A stretch of DNA of 64,000 nt from Lama glama (GCA_028534125.1 CM052817.1:88786001-88850000), one strand, 5' to 3'. Shown: positions 13,147 to 26,886, numbered from the stretch's first letter. Notes: generated from the sequence alone by a model not told the origin. A program made the numbers and translations.

Positions 13147-15079
13147 ATAATGTTATTTAATTTTAAAATAGGAATACTGGCTTTATTGGTAGAATAAAAA
13201 AATTTGGAAAATCTGGAATTTTTTCTGCATGGCACAATGTGTAGATGAGGCATGATCACTGCAGTTGTCACATTTCCACACTGGACACTTCATTCATTTA
13301 GGTTAAACATGTAAATTTTTGGATTTTGATCTCCTCTCTAAACCATACTGACCAGGGATTCTTACCTTTTTCTTTTCTTATATATATATATTTATATATA
13401 TAATTTATATACACATACAAATTCATTATAGTAGTCTGTTGTATATCTTTTTAGAAGATGTGTATGTGTATGCTTATTAATAAGTTTTTAAATCTATGTA
13501 ATCTATAAAGTTCTATTTTCAGAGTGTAAACCCAAGGTTTTCATCATACACTTTATTAGTGTTCAAAAGTCTCAAGTTCTGTTGTCCCTAAACTGGTTGA
13601 CCTTTCTTTTGTTATAAATGGAAAAGTGTCTGCCTTTGCTTAGGGTCTGCAAAACCAGCTAAACGATACTTCTTACAACAAAATTTTCCAGGTCAGATTT
13701 TAAAACAAAAGTAAGTTTGAATGATAACATTATGTATATGATGAAAGGCTTAAACTTTATAACAACCCAATTTGAATTCTTAAAGATCAATCCTAGATCA
13801 ATATTTTGTAATGCTGTATGTATTTATAGAAAAGTATAAAAGATTAACTTCAAATCAATGAATCCCACTCCACAAGTTTACAGGGAAAGTGAAAGTTCAC
13901 ATGCAAGAGACCAACACAGTGTGCAAATCTTAAATTAAATGGTGTACCTTGGCTAGTAGTAATGAGATTCTGGCAAGCAGGGAAATGTTGTCAAAGTTGT
14001 TCAGGTTACATGACCAGAAGGCTGACAGGAACATTTAAAATTTGGGGAGGGGTGCTTTAACCTACATAAAGTGTTCAATGCTGAGCTATTCATGTTGGTA
14101 AGGAGAAAAATACCTATGAATTTTAAACAGGCTTGACCATACCATCTTCAGGGCAAAATGCTTGTCAATGTGTGATCTGAAAATAGTACAATCAAGCACA
14201 TTGAAAATTCAGCTGTTTTTCTCATAGGAATGGATGTCTTCCTGACAACTAAACACTGGGTTTTATTTTGGCCTGGGGATTTGTTTTGATGGAAAACTTT
14301 ATTTACTCCAAATATATCTTATAAACTATGAAAATGAAGCAGAACTTCAAACAAGGTTAATTTCTGTGCAAAATACACCAACTGCCTGATTGTCCTTTAT
14401 GATTCTTCTCTTTGAACAAAAACATGATCATTCATCAGCCAAACTGGTTTGAGACCCCTATGTGCCCAATACCTTAGTTAGCACAAAGCTTATATCAACA
14501 CATGATACCATGCCAGGACAGTAAAAACCTACTGAGTGCCAGATGAATATTTATTGATAAGAGATTGTATCTTTTTTACCTTTTATTTTTATTTTATTAT
14601 ATAGAAATCAGATCTATAATAAAGTTTTGATTGCTTTATGAAATCAAAGAAAATTTAAATAGTTTTAGAGTTCAGGTATCAACTAATGGCAAGTACATGT
14701 ATTGAGAGAGTTTCACTTCAGGTATAGAGATGAATTGGTATTAAAGTGGTAAAATGTTATTAAAATCCTCACAATGTATCTACTGAAATGACTGTACCAA
14801 AAAAAAAGCATAGCTAGTTGGCCTGTGATGAGAATTGATCACGTTAATTTAAGTGATGAGAAGTATCAGCATGTGAAAGATATACTACATATTTCATTAG
14901 GTAAAAATAAGCACAAATAACTGAAAAGAAATGAGAGGAAAAAAGACCCAAAAAAACAGTTGTTCTAAAGAAATGTTTTCCAGAGTGAATACATGATGAT
15001 GTAGGTAGAACATATTGTATTTACACTGTAGTTCTAGATCTGACCTGGAGAGAACAATTTTACCTTTGGTGGTTACATA

Positions 15080-15600
15080 ATATCATTCCTTATTCAAATA
15101 TTGCACTAGTGAATCTCATTCAGCATCAAAACCAAAGCCCTACAATGTTCACAGGCACTACCTCCTGCGCTTCTGATTTAATCTGCTACCTCTTCTCACT
15201 TGCTCACTCCAGTCCAACCCATGTCCTCCCTGCAGTCCCTCTAAACCCAGTCCTCTGTCACCAGATGTCCTTTCAACTGCACTTCCCTGACTGGAATGCT
15301 CCTCTGGGGGAGTAGCTGGGCTGACTAACTCATTGCCCTTGGGACAGACTCAAATATTACCTCCTGAGGGAGAAATTTCCTCTGCACCCCTTTTAAAAGA
15401 GCAGCCTGCCCATCCACAGCCATCACCACGTCACCATTACTCTTACCTACTTTCTTTTCCTCTGTCACATTTATCTGCATCTGATATATTATATTATTTG
15501 TATATTTAACATATACAAATATAATATATACATTATTTGTGTATTTCTGTTTTGCAAAGATATGTTAGAATGTCAGCTCCAGGAGTGCTTGTTGAATAAA
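15080..15600 (+). mobile_element. LINE-2 3' region
   Basis: ctcacttgctcactccagtcc...ctggaatgctc...ctcaaatattacctcctgagggag...gttagaatgtcagctccaggag...gttgaataaa. Confidence 0.75.
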
Positions 15601-15723
15601 AGTCGCCTATTAAATATTTATTCAATAGATCACTAAGTAAATAAATATATATCATCCTCTTTGGAGTAAGTTTGTCACTTTAAGAAGTGTAGAAAATTCA
15701 CTATTAAAAAACAAATTTAAAGC

Positions 15724-16362
15724 CTATTTCTGTTTTGTAGATGAGTTCATTCAGTGTCCTCTTTTTTCTTCTTCTTCTTTTTTTTTTTTGCTTTTTTTAG
15801 ATTCTGTGTATGAGTGTTATCATATGGTATTTTTCTTTCTCTTTCTGGCTTACTTCACTTAGAATGATCTCCAGGTCCATCCGTGTTGCTGCAAATGATA
15901 TTACTTTATTCTTTTTTATTGCTGAGTAGTATTCCATTGTATATATATACCACAACATCCTTATCCAGTCATCTGTCATTGGACATGTAGGTTGCTTCCA
16001 TGTCTTGGCTATTGTATATGATGCTGCTATGAACATAGGGGTGCATGTATCTTTTCAAATTAGAGTTCCCTCCAGATGTATGCCCAGGAGTGAGATTGCT
16101 GGATCTTATGGTCAGTCTATTTTTAGTCTTTTGAGGAATCTCCATACTGTTTTTCATAATGGCTGCACCAAACAACATTCCTACCAACCAAATAGGAGGA
16201 ATTCCTTTTCTCCACACCCTCTCCAGTGTTTCTGGACTTTTGAATGATGGCCATTCTGACTGGTATGAGGTGATACCTCATTGTAGTTTTGGTTTGCATT
16301 TATCTGATAATTAGCAATATTGAGCATTTTTTCATGTGCATATTGGTCATTTGTATGTCTTC
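15724..16362 (-). mobile_element. LINE-1 ORF2 C-terminus and proximal 3' UTR; inverted 5' segment of a twin-primed insertion
   Basis: ORF 15797..16036(-) [43 protein letters not shown] is the conserved L1 ORF2 C-terminus. Confidence 0.92.
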
Positions 16363-16642
16363 ACTGGACTTGCAGACATAGAAAACAATCTTATGTTTAC
16401 AGGGGGTAAGGAGGTAGGAAGGGATGAATTTAGAAGTTTGAGATTTGTATTTATTAACCACCATATATAAAATAGATAAAAAACAAATTTCTTCTGCATA
16501 GCACAGGGAACTACATTCAATATCTTGTAATAACTTTTAATGAAAAAGAATATGAAAATGAGTATATGTGCATATATATGCATGACTGAGACATTTTGCT
16601 GCACAACAGAAATTGACACATTATAACTGACTATACTTCAAT
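16363..16642 (+). mobile_element. LINE-1 distal 3' UTR; non-inverted segment of the same insertion
   Basis: gacttgcagacatagaaaacaatcttatg...gcacagggaactacattcaatatc...ttataactgactatacttcaataaaa, followed by the TSD copy at 16643-16658. Confidence 0.9.
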
Positions 16643-17610
16643 AAAACAAATTTAGAGCAAGATATAATATATGAACATGGTAGTCTTGAAAATTAAGGAT
16701 TTAAATCAGATTCTCTATCAGGAGGTGTTAGACTCAAATGTACTGTGAACATTCCTTTATGCCTAGATTGTCAGGAAAGAGTAATAGGTTTAATCAATCA
16801 AATCAAAACATACTTTTATTTATAGTTGACCAAGAAGATACCTCAGGTCTGAAGGATGGAGCAAGCAGTAAGTTACAGTTCTTGGTAGGTGTCCATCCAG
16901 TTGGTGCTGTGTGTCTTATGCAGTCATGTAGAAATTCTCTCCCAAGTCTCCCTGCCTTTTCCCTTTCCAATCAGCTTCATCCAGTGTCTGAATTTAATCA
17001 CTCTAAAGTTACCTGCTTTCTGGTATATGTTGTTTCCTGACTAAGCTCTCAAGTCCATGTATTATTAGCAAGTCTGTTTTGGGTTCTCACATTGTTCAAT
17101 CTGGGCAAATCACAAGACAAGTAATCTTTCAAACAATAATGTTAATTGTTTCTTACCTAAATTACTCTTTTGCTATCAGCTTTAACTGGCTTTATTAACT
17201 CTCATCTATTTGAAGAGTTTTTGACAATGATCAAAATGCTTAACTTTTTGATACTTGCCCATGAGATATTTCCATAGCAACAAAGCCTCAAAATTTCTAC
17301 CTTGTCAGAATGACTTGAGACTTCAGTTTCAAAATCTGAAATTTTACACATAAATCCACTCCCTCTGGGTAATCTTTCTGATATGTGATAGAATATGCCT
17401 ATTATAATGAACAAGGTGCTCGGTTACCATCAAATGTAACTAGATTTTGACTCTTAGTTTCTACAGGACAAACATAATACATGCTTTATTAGGGGGAAAA
17501 AGTGCTTCTAACCAGTTCTCTTAATTAGCAGTCTTCTGCACCCTGAATATATCAGATGGAAACAACACAGATTTCTGCCATGTTCTGCATCTCTAATCAA
17601 TGCCAAAATG

Positions 17611-17890
17611 TGTTTTAGTTTCTTGTAGCTGCTGTAACAAATTACCACAAACAGTGTGGCTTAAAGACAACAGAAACACATTACCTCCCAGTCTTGTAGT
17701 GCACAAGTCCAGAATGAGTGTCAATGGGCCAAAATTAACGTGTTGGTAGGATCGCACTTGAACTGGAGGCTCTAGGGGAGAAACTGTTCTTGCCTCTTCC
17801 AACTTCTGCTGGCAATTCTTGCCTTGTGGCTGCATCATTCCAACCTCTGCCTCCATCTTCACATCATCTTCTCCTCTTTTGTTTGATCTT
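17611..17890 (-). mobile_element. MaLR LTR fragment (MLT1D-like)
   Basis: gctgctgtaacaaattaccacaaac...ggcttaaa...ggaggctctaggggagaa...ccttgtggctgcatcattccaacctctgcctccatcttcaca. Confidence 0.85.
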
Positions 17891-19469
17891 CAATGCCTTC
17901 TTCTAGTAAATATGGTGTCACAAGAGCTATGCTTGTAGGATATAATACTTGTCTCTCTTTTGATTAACCTAGAGTTATATTTCATATACAAAGTATGGTC
18001 CGACGACACAATAATTCCATGCTGTCTTGTAATCTTCATCTTGCGGTTTATTGAATCATTAGATCCCATCTATCAAATGGTTTGCCATACCTTTTAAAGA
18101 TTTATTTTTACTGACTTACTTCAATTCCAGACCTGTGACCTTGAGATTTTTAAGTAAATAATAGATTTAGATAGCATTAGACTGACAAATGCCATGACCC
18201 TTTTTCTACAGTAATCTTCCTAATATATTACTTTAGAAGGGTCTAGTAAACATAAAGGACTTCAAAGATATTGATCGTATTCTATTTCCTCAGCTGAGTG
18301 ATGAGTGACTTAGTATTTATTTGTATTCTCTCCTTGTACATAGGTACTGTACACCATATTTCATATGTATAATACCTTTCATAATTTTTTAAAATAAAGT
18401 CAATGCATGGTTTAAAAAGGTGCATTAACTAGGCTTATTGCCATAGGAAAAAGCCCAACAATCTTGATAGGCCCAACAGCATCACCTTTATGAGACATTC
18501 CTGAGGATACAGTGCTCTGTGGGGATTCTCAACCCTGTCAGCTCTGACAGCTTAGACACTTTTTAACAGTAGTTCCTGTCAGATTTTTCTCCACGGCTTT
18601 TTTATCTTTCCCTATGCCGGTTCTTTGTTTAAACTGTTTCTTTTATGCCTCTTCTCTCATTTTTTTTTAAACTCATGAAAATCAAGTTGGAGGAAAAGAG
18701 TAAACAACCATTATTAGAGACGTGTGAAAAATTTCTATGTACATCTCATGGATCTCAAAGGAAAAAACTTTCATGGCCTTTTTTTCCCCATATAATAATG
18801 TCTCAATAATACAGATTTCTATTTATTTTAGTTTCAGATATTTATGAGTAGAAAAAATATTGCTAAGCTGTAAACGTTCATGCTGGCTATGTTCATTTTT
18901 TGATGGGTTAGTCTTTCTAAACAAAGATACTGAAAGGCTTTGGAAAATTTAGAAAATTTTTGAAAGGTTGAAATTAATTGAAAAACTGTCAAAGATTTTA
19001 AATGATATCTCTCTTTTTCAAAGTATATAATAACATCTATTCAGAAATGTTTTCTTGGTAACATTTTGAGGTTAAGAAACACACAGAATACTGTTCAAGG
19101 AACAATGGTATTATCTGTGAAGAGAGGTGGACTCTTGAAAAGGAAGCACCAATGGTAGAAAAAGGACTAGAGAAAATTTTATCAAAAAGCTTCCCTTCTA
19201 AGGGAAAGGAGGAACTCAGATATGACACAGCATGCTACATAATTTGAAAAATAATCTGATGCTAAAGCCGATAAAGTTGAACTTTGCTCCTCTTTTGCCT
19301 TTTCACTTAATCTTTGTAGGTTTTTATTTACCCTTTCATCTTCCCTAAAATAAATTTTACACGAATAAAATCACTTTTATGTTTGTTGGAAGCTGTATCA
19401 GATTGAGATTTAGCATGGGTATGACAAAATATAATTAATACATTGTGTTTAGGTGATCAATTATGTAAT

Positions 19470-19645
19470 ATAGGGATTATGGGATACAGACCAGCCTTTC
19501 TGGCTTAGATCCTATTACCTCTCACTTGCCAACTTATTAGGGGTGAGGAAATAGAAAATATGGAAACTGTCCCTCATTTTTTTCATCTGTTAAATAATGA
19601 TAATAATATTCTGTAACTGGAATAGTAATTGTCAGGAGTCAGTGA
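19470..19645 (+). mobile_element. MIR SINE fragment
   Basis: ctgtccctcattttttttcatctgttaaataatgataataata resembles the MIR core. Confidence 0.55.
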
Positions 19646-20249
19646 AACAATATATTTTCTTTATTGCCTTTACAGAAATTCCTCATGAATAAACTATAAA
19701 AATTGTTAGGTTAAGGATTAGAATTTACATAGAATTGAATAGAAATTCCCTTTAATGTTGATCATTAGTTTTTATTAGTAGGACACAATGTAAGCATTAA
19801 TTTTTATTAGTGCAACGTGTGCATCCTTGAGAGATAATATCACCTACAAGGAAGTAAAACTGGGTGTCCAGGTGTAAAAAATTAATTCTCTTTATGTAGA
19901 AAGCACAAATACACATATAAATACACAAGCAGTTGCACAGTATATCCTTGGCATTAAAATTTGATGAGATTATGTTAATAAAAAATATCTTAAGAGGCAG
20001 CTTGAGAGTGAATGACAATGAAAAAAGGTTGAGATCCACTGATGTAACACAAGGCAAAGTAAAGAAATAGTAAAATTTTAGAACTGGACATATAAAAGGC
20101 GGAATTTCTATTATTCAACACAAACAATACACTAGTGAATAAAATGGGTCTCCAGAGTTCTGTACACTTTGTGAACAGAAAGTGGACTGAGTATTTTTTT
20201 TGCCTGTCTTTTCAATAATGTATATATGGTGAACAGGCTTGAAATAGAG

Positions 20250-20538
20250 TGTCTTCTTTTGAAGCCATGGGCCACATATTTGCTTTGAGTCCCTCTACTG
20301 TACTGCAACTGACTGTATGTGCAGGTGCCAACTGGCAATTTTGGTATCATTCTGTGGATACTGGGGCACAGAAAATTGGTGCCATTTAGGAAATTGCTGA
20401 CTCTACAGCTCCTGGTATTGCTGCAAGTGATAAAACTCTTTTTCCTTTGACCTGATGTCTCAAGTCTTCTATAGCATCCATGATCCTGGGCTAACTTATT
20501 AGCTTATATGTAGGGTTTAGACCTTTTCATTCTTAACA
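20250..20538 (+). mobile_element. ERVL-class LTR 3' part (LTR40-like)
   Basis: gataaaactctttttcctttgacctga...gtcttctatagcatccatga...ctaacttattagcttatatgtagggt...ttcttaaca resembles the LTR40 3' end as I recall it. Confidence 0.6.
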
Positions 20539-22439
20539 GAGTAAGACCTGTTAAGTCTAGAAATTTGCTTTCAAATTGCTGGCAGTGTGAAAAATTAACA
20601 TGTAAGCAGTTTATTTTGTCCACATAGATCTTAGCATGATGTTGTTTTCCTCTATTTTAGGTATTAGAGGGGATTGATAATTTGATCATTGCCTTTTTGT
20701 ATCACAAGCCAATATTTTCAATATTTTAATTTCCTCACACTTAGAAGAATTTTTTTAAACTAGTCTATAGGCTCTAGGGTGGTTATCTGTACCATTAACA
20801 TTGCTTAAAACTATTGTAAAGAATTGTTTTATTGTTTATTATTTTACAATATATTGCCCAGATGTAACGTCATGTTTTTAAATATATATAACATTGATTT
20901 TTTTCCAATTCATGTGTACTATATCACTCAAATGACTATTCTAGTAAGCTGAAATAATAATCTGAGTAGTCTAATAATAATTGCTCTTATGTATGATTCA
21001 AATTGTTCACCAGGAATGAAATATTTTTCCCTCTCCTTCACACTAAGGAGAATTACACTTCAAGCTTACTGTCCCATCAGCTTTTTCTAGCTGCCTAATT
21101 GATATTCACCAAACTTAGATTTCTTATGTCAAGAAAAATTTCAGTTTATTGCTATAGGATTTTCTGCTGCAATGATCCCACTTGTCGACACTTGTGTCAA
21201 AATCAGTAATAGTTATTCCCATGACAGGGTTCATAGGGGCTTTTCTATTAAGTTGAATTCAGAAGTCAAGTTTCCCCTAAGGATTACTGAATGCCACGCT
21301 GACAAAATACCAGAGAGATTTTCTCTCTCTCTCTCTTTTTGTCATAGTCTTCTTTTCACTGTGCTTCTGTTTACTGTTTTTTTTTTTTAAACTCAGCAGG
21401 AAAAAAATTTTGATTTGAAATTGATATACAACTTATAGCTGCATACTTATTTTTCAAACTAATGGGACTTAGATTAAATAGGAGAATCCCACATAGACAA
21501 TGTATAGAAGAGGTAATAATGGGTGAATATCACTCATTAATTACTATTATTTGTTTTGTTTTTCTGATATAAAAAAATCACATTAAAATCCTTCCTTTCA
21601 AGTAATATATAGTTACAACTGAAATTTAATCATTGTACTTACTGGTATCTGTCTACAGAATGTTCTGAGGGTGTGGTTTTCAATGAGAGAGAGATCTGTT
21701 TTCAACTCAGCTCATATATGGAATGGATTCTACATTTTCTCGGAAGAATGCCATTGATCTTTCAATCATAGCCAGGACTGCACTTTTCCACTTCAATTTC
21801 TTGCTACAGTTTCACTTTGTATTTCATTTTGCCTTTTTTTTTTTTTTAACCATGCCTCCAAAACCAAATGGGATGGTACACCCGTTCCACTTTTATCTCA
21901 CACCTTCTGCCTGGAGGGCATGGGGTGTGGTTGGTGGAATATTTTATATCATAATTCTCACCTGTTTAGAAACAATGGTGGCATGTAAAGTGTGAAAAGG
22001 AATGCTCTAAGCAAAAACAACTATCATGCTTAATTGTGGGAATTTCTTTAAAAAGATCACCACAGGGAGTATCTTCAAGTGGATAACTGGGAAATGTTGC
22101 TTATGGAGAGAGGTACATAACCTTCCCCATCCTCTCAAGAGGAAAAAAAAAAGGTGAAGAAAGTGAGATCCATAATAGAATGTGAACTTTATTCTCTGTG
22201 ACCAAGCAGTTGGAGGGACCAAGGCATATTCTGTGTCTTTCTTTCGACCCTGGAAGCCTGGGCTCCCTGTTTGAGAGGAATAAGAGAGAGCACTGCAGTT
22301 TGTTTCTAATCCTACAGTGGTTGATTCAGGAATTCAGCAGAGGATTAGAGTGGATGAAAGAATGAGGGATTTTCACTGAAAATTGATCACAAATGTTTTG
22401 CAGAATAAGAAAGACAAGAAGATTTTTCAGATTCAAGAT

Positions 22440-22677
22440 TAGTGATTTTCAAACTTTTTTTTAAAACTTGTACTATCAGTAAGAAAAAGATTATACATCA
22501 CAACCCAGAATACAGACACACACTTACAAAAATATCAAAGGAAACACACTAAAAACTAAAACTACATCTGTGTTTCATTCTTGAAATTTCTTTCCTATTC
22601 ACTTCATTTCTATATAATAACCAACTAAATTGATTTCATAGCCTGTGGATGGCAACTCAAAATCTGAAAAACACTGC
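22440..22677. mobile_element. Non-autonomous hAT-Charlie DNA transposon
   Basis: TIR-like ends agtgattttcaaact ... aatctgaaaaacactg; internal actaaattgatttca motif. Confidence 0.6.
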
Positions 22678-24254
22678 TTTAGCGAAGAGTCGGGGGAAGG
22701 GTAGTGGAGACAAATGCCAGAAGAGAGTGCTATTTCAAGGATGCAGGAAATATTTTTTTCCTTAATGTATTAATGTATAATAATGTTTATAAATTTTTAA
22801 TTTTCTTATTCATATACAAACTGGATTCTAAAAACTCATATTTTAAAAATTACATTAAAATATACTTTAATATATCAAAATCAATTTGCTTTTTATGTAT
22901 TGTGAAACATCCTAAATTTCTTATAGCTAAGTCGCAATGATCACATTTTATTTCATTCATATAAATTGTTACACACAGTATAAAATCATTATTTCATAAA
23001 AAGAGTACTTTAGCTCATATCAAGGGATAATTTATGTTTTTAACAAATTTATATTTTTGAAAACTTTCCTCATGATTGAGATATAATTAGACATAAAAAC
23101 TCTGCACCTTTATTTATGAAGAATTTTGTTATCTTTAAACAATGAATCATTAACTTACTATTTTTGCCTTTGATTTTTCTATCTTGTTCTCCAAGGATAC
23201 TAATTTAGATTTAATGTACATTATCATCTTAAAACAAACAAACAAAACCTCCTACCCATTCCCAAGATATTATACCCAGATATAACTTCACTTTTTGATA
23301 AATATTTAAAAAAAATACTGATCTGAATGAAACATTAAACATTTTCTAATACCTCTCCATAAAACTGAAGTCACAGGGCATAGTGCCTGCCTTGATACAA
23401 CATTATCTTTGATAGAACATCATAAAAAGAAATCACAAAAAGTTTATGGAGGGAAATAAGGGAAGTGGGAAATAAAAGTGAAAGAGGGAAATAATCACAA
23501 AGTTAAATAAACTTAGAGGTAAAAACTGACTTTTACACTTATACTTAATCGACTTAGAGGAAGGCCCACTTCCATTTACTTATAGTGTCTAGCATGATGC
23601 CTTGAATAAATAGCTATTTAACAAATACATTAATTAAATTGTGAGATAAATAATGCCAAATTTTCAAACCTCATTTTACCTATTTATTAAATTTCTATTT
23701 GGAGTAAGCAATTAATCGAGAGAACAATTAGTGTCCTCAGCTACTGAAGTACTGGGGAAATTAACAAGTAGTGAAGAGAGCAGGGGAACATGGAAAGGAT
23801 GGAGAGAAAAGGGAAACTAAAAACCAAATACTTTTACAATGTACAATATGAATGAAAAAAACTGTTCTCAGAATTTGTACTTTATGTCTGCATTTCCTTA
23901 TATTACCATCTACTTTTCCATTAAGATTATTTGCATCCTTTTAATGTTTTATCATCTTAGAATTTATGCTCTTTTAAGAGTGTTTTGATTTTGTTGTTCA
24001 GAATGTATTCCTCCCAATTGCCCGTTAGATGATACCACCTTGTCAAGTCTAACACCTACTAACACTTAGTAGCTTTGAGCCTTGTCCTTCAGTTTTCTCA
24101 TTTGTGCATAGGATTTCTGTGAGATAGAAACTACTGAGCAACTGTAGGTGACTTAGGGCACTGTGAAGATTGTCATGAAGTATGCACCCTGTAAATGCTA
24201 AGTGCCTTCATACAACTTACCATTGAAAACATTTTTTTAAAGATCACAGAATAA

Positions 24255-24420
24255 ACACTGGAGCTCTAGTCTTAACACTACATTTCCTAGTCATGTGACT
24301 TTACCAAGGGATTTAAACTTCTTGTTTCTTGACTTCATTGTCAGTAGAATCAGGCTAACAGAATATGCCCCACCTGCCTCACATTCATCTGACAAAGATT
24401 CAAGTAAACTTTTTGTGATA
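24255..24420 (+). mobile_element. MIR SINE fragment
   Basis: ttcctagtcatgtgactttaccaagggatttaaacttcttgtttcttgacttcattgtc is a MIR core-like sequence. Confidence 0.55.
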
Positions 24421-25199
24421 CTTTTAATTTTACCATATTATGGTAGAAAACAGAGTAACACAAAGCCACTTTCTGAAGTCCCATGGAGCAAAGAGAAAAT
24501 GCAATTCTTTACTGACCTGACTGGGAGCACATATGGGAAAGCAAAGCGGTTAACTTCGTTTATTAACAGATTCTGTTCAATTGCATCTTCCTGATGATTG
24601 ATCTCCGTTTGGGCATCATTTCCTTGCCTCTTTCTGTATCATAATTCATTGACTGAGTGGAATTACTTCTCTCTGCTTCATGGAATTTTGGATAGAAATT
24701 TTATTCAGTGTTAGTAATGCTTTCATTCTCTGGTGCAATTCATATTTCAAAGAAAGGTAACTGGCAGATTCTTTGGTATATTCAACAATGTCATATTCAA
24801 TGTAAAGGAATTGAGGTTCCATGTCATGTATGAGCTTTCTTGAAATATTTCACATTATTTTGATCTTAAGGTGGAAGCAATATTCAATTCAAAGACAAAA
24901 ATCAGTACCTATTAACTCTGAGTCGGATGTGTTTTTATTTTTATATTTTAGTATTTTATGAATAAGGAACATTGGTAAGTTTATGAAATCTGCATTTTCT
25001 TAGGTTGATTTTGTTAAATGTATATAATTACCTATGGCAATATTCTTGAGATATTAGCAAACTTTGTGGAACTTTCAATTAAAATAATTTTTACTGAATG
25101 TAATAGAAACCTCAATGAAAAGAGAAAATAAGATCTTTTTAAGAAAGTAAGATTATTTCATTATCACCAAAGTTATTGTTTAATTATCCATTTAAAAAT

Positions 25200-25410
25200 A
25201 TTGTTGTTATAGCAGTTTTAGGTTGATACTAAAATTGAGAGGAAAGTACAGATATTTCCCATATACAAGCTGACTTAACACATGCAGTTTCTTGCATTAT
25301 CAGTGACCAGAACGGTACATTTATTACAATTGAGGAACCTATATTGACACATAATTATTCAAAGTCTGCCGTTTCCCATAGGGTTTACTCATGGGTTTGT
25401 ACATTACTTA
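25200..25410 (-). mobile_element. LINE-1 3' UTR fragment, L1MC1-like
   Basis: agcagttttaggtt...aaattgagaggaaagtacagatatttcccatatac...ggtacatttattacaattgaggaacctatattgacacataatt. Confidence 0.8.
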
Positions 25411-25974
25411 TCAATTTTTGAAGCCACAGTACTCTCAAAATTCAGTTGAGATTTTGCTGCTGTATTTTATACACTTCACAGTTCTAATTCTGACTTTTAT
25501 AATTTGAGGATGAAAAAGTAGGCAATGCTCACAACAGTCCGCATTAACACTAAATTCTGTTGATGTCTATGACTGACTGAATATGAATTCTTAAAAGGTA
25601 AGAATAAAAGGTATAACATTGCCTCATTTCTCAACATTTTCCTGTTGCAAAAGTCACTTACAGCATAATTTTTTATGTTTATTATGTTTAATGCCTCAAA
25701 TTATAACCTTAGGAAGTCTCAGTGCTGTAGATGTAAACGAGATTCCTTTTTAAAAATATGTATTTAATATATTTATAATGTTTAATACTTTTTTGGTATT
25801 TTGAGTTAGTTGGTTAATTGTGAGTAGCAACGGTAGAAAAGATAAAATTAGTAAAATTACTTAGCAAGGCAGGCGAGTGCTTATAATTTGAGTAGTGGGA
25901 ATTCAGATAGGAGTGATACCAACGTTGATCAGAAATCAGAACCACCTTCTCCTTCGCATGTAAAGGTATGTAAT

Positions 25975-26468
25975 TTCATTTAACAATAACAATAATAAGC
26001 TCATTATACGTTAATAAAAATAATATAACATTTATGAAAATTAGCTATATTTTCCCAAATAAAATATGTTCAGTGAGCAATGGGATATTATCGTACTTTT
26101 CTGCAAATACCTTTAATGTCTGACATGTTAGGAGACAGCTGCATCCTCACCTCTGGTTCCGCATTCAACTGGTTGTGATTGAAGACGTCATATACCAATC
26201 ATTTTTCTCAGGATACATTTCTGGAATACGGTGGAAGTTATGATAATACTGTTTGAATTTGAAAATGTTCCATAGTGTATAAAATAAATTAAACTGTATC
26301 TGAAATTTTTTAAAAAGTTACAGTTTCTAGAAAGTTCACGAGAGAATCTGAGTGAAAAAGGTATATATGTCTATCTTGCTATTACAATAAATAATTTTGA
26401 TCTTGATGACCCTCTAAAAGGATCTCAAGGACCCTAAGAGATCACTCAGACAAAATTTGGATAACCAG
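25975..26468 (-). mobile_element. Charlie1-family hAT DNA transposon fragment, with a ~125-bp unrelated insert near 26195-26320
   Basis: gcaaatacctttaatgtctg...agacagctgcatcctcacctctggttccgcattcaa and gagagaatctgagtgaaaaagg...gaccctctaaaaggatctcaaggaccc match Charlie1. Confidence 0.8.
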
Positions 26469-26710
26469 AGTACAGTTATAGTCACGTTTTGGTGTTTATT
26501 TACCTAATCACAAGTTTGAATGTTTTATCAATCATACAAATTGACCAATTATATTTTAAAACTCTTGGAAAATTCAAAATAAATGCTAATATTGAATTAC
26601 GGGAGAAGTCAAATTAAGTAGAACACAATGAACAATTGGTACGATTATGATGACTAAAAACTGACAGAGAAGATTGAAGAGAAAAATGAACAGTAGAAAA
26701 CGAGAGGACT

Positions 26711-26886
26711 GATGGTTCTCAGACCTAGATGCACATTGTAATCACCTGGGGAGGTTTGTAAATGCACCTATACACAGGACCGACCCAGGTCTACAAAGGA
26801 GAATCACATATGGAGAATCTTCTTCCATATGTTTAAAAAATTAACCCCAAGGAAATATCTAATGTGAGCTAAGGTTGAGAAATTTG
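26711..26886. mobile_element. MER5A-like hAT-Charlie MITE
   Basis: tggttctcagacct...cacattgtaatcacctggggag...ccccaaggaaatatctaatgtgagctaaggttgagaa. Confidence 0.7.

Noticed and set aside
13643..13690. Possible 48-nt plus-strand exon (tttgcttag ... CAG/gtcaga)
   Set aside because: Weak donor, unrecognised peptide and no supporting neighbouring exons.
15797..16217. Protein-like ORFs on the minus strand
   Set aside because: Frameshifted LINE-1 ORF2 remnants, not host genes.
24515..24635. Open minus-strand frame ending at CAG/gtcagt
   Set aside because: No pyrimidine tract at the acceptor and no recognisable homology.
25865..25965. Possible plus-strand exon (RQASAYNLSSGNSDRSDTNVDQKSEPPSPSHVK, donor AAG/gtatgt)
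   Set aside because: The acceptor has no pyrimidine tract, the peptide is unrecognised, and it abuts a Charlie1 fossil.
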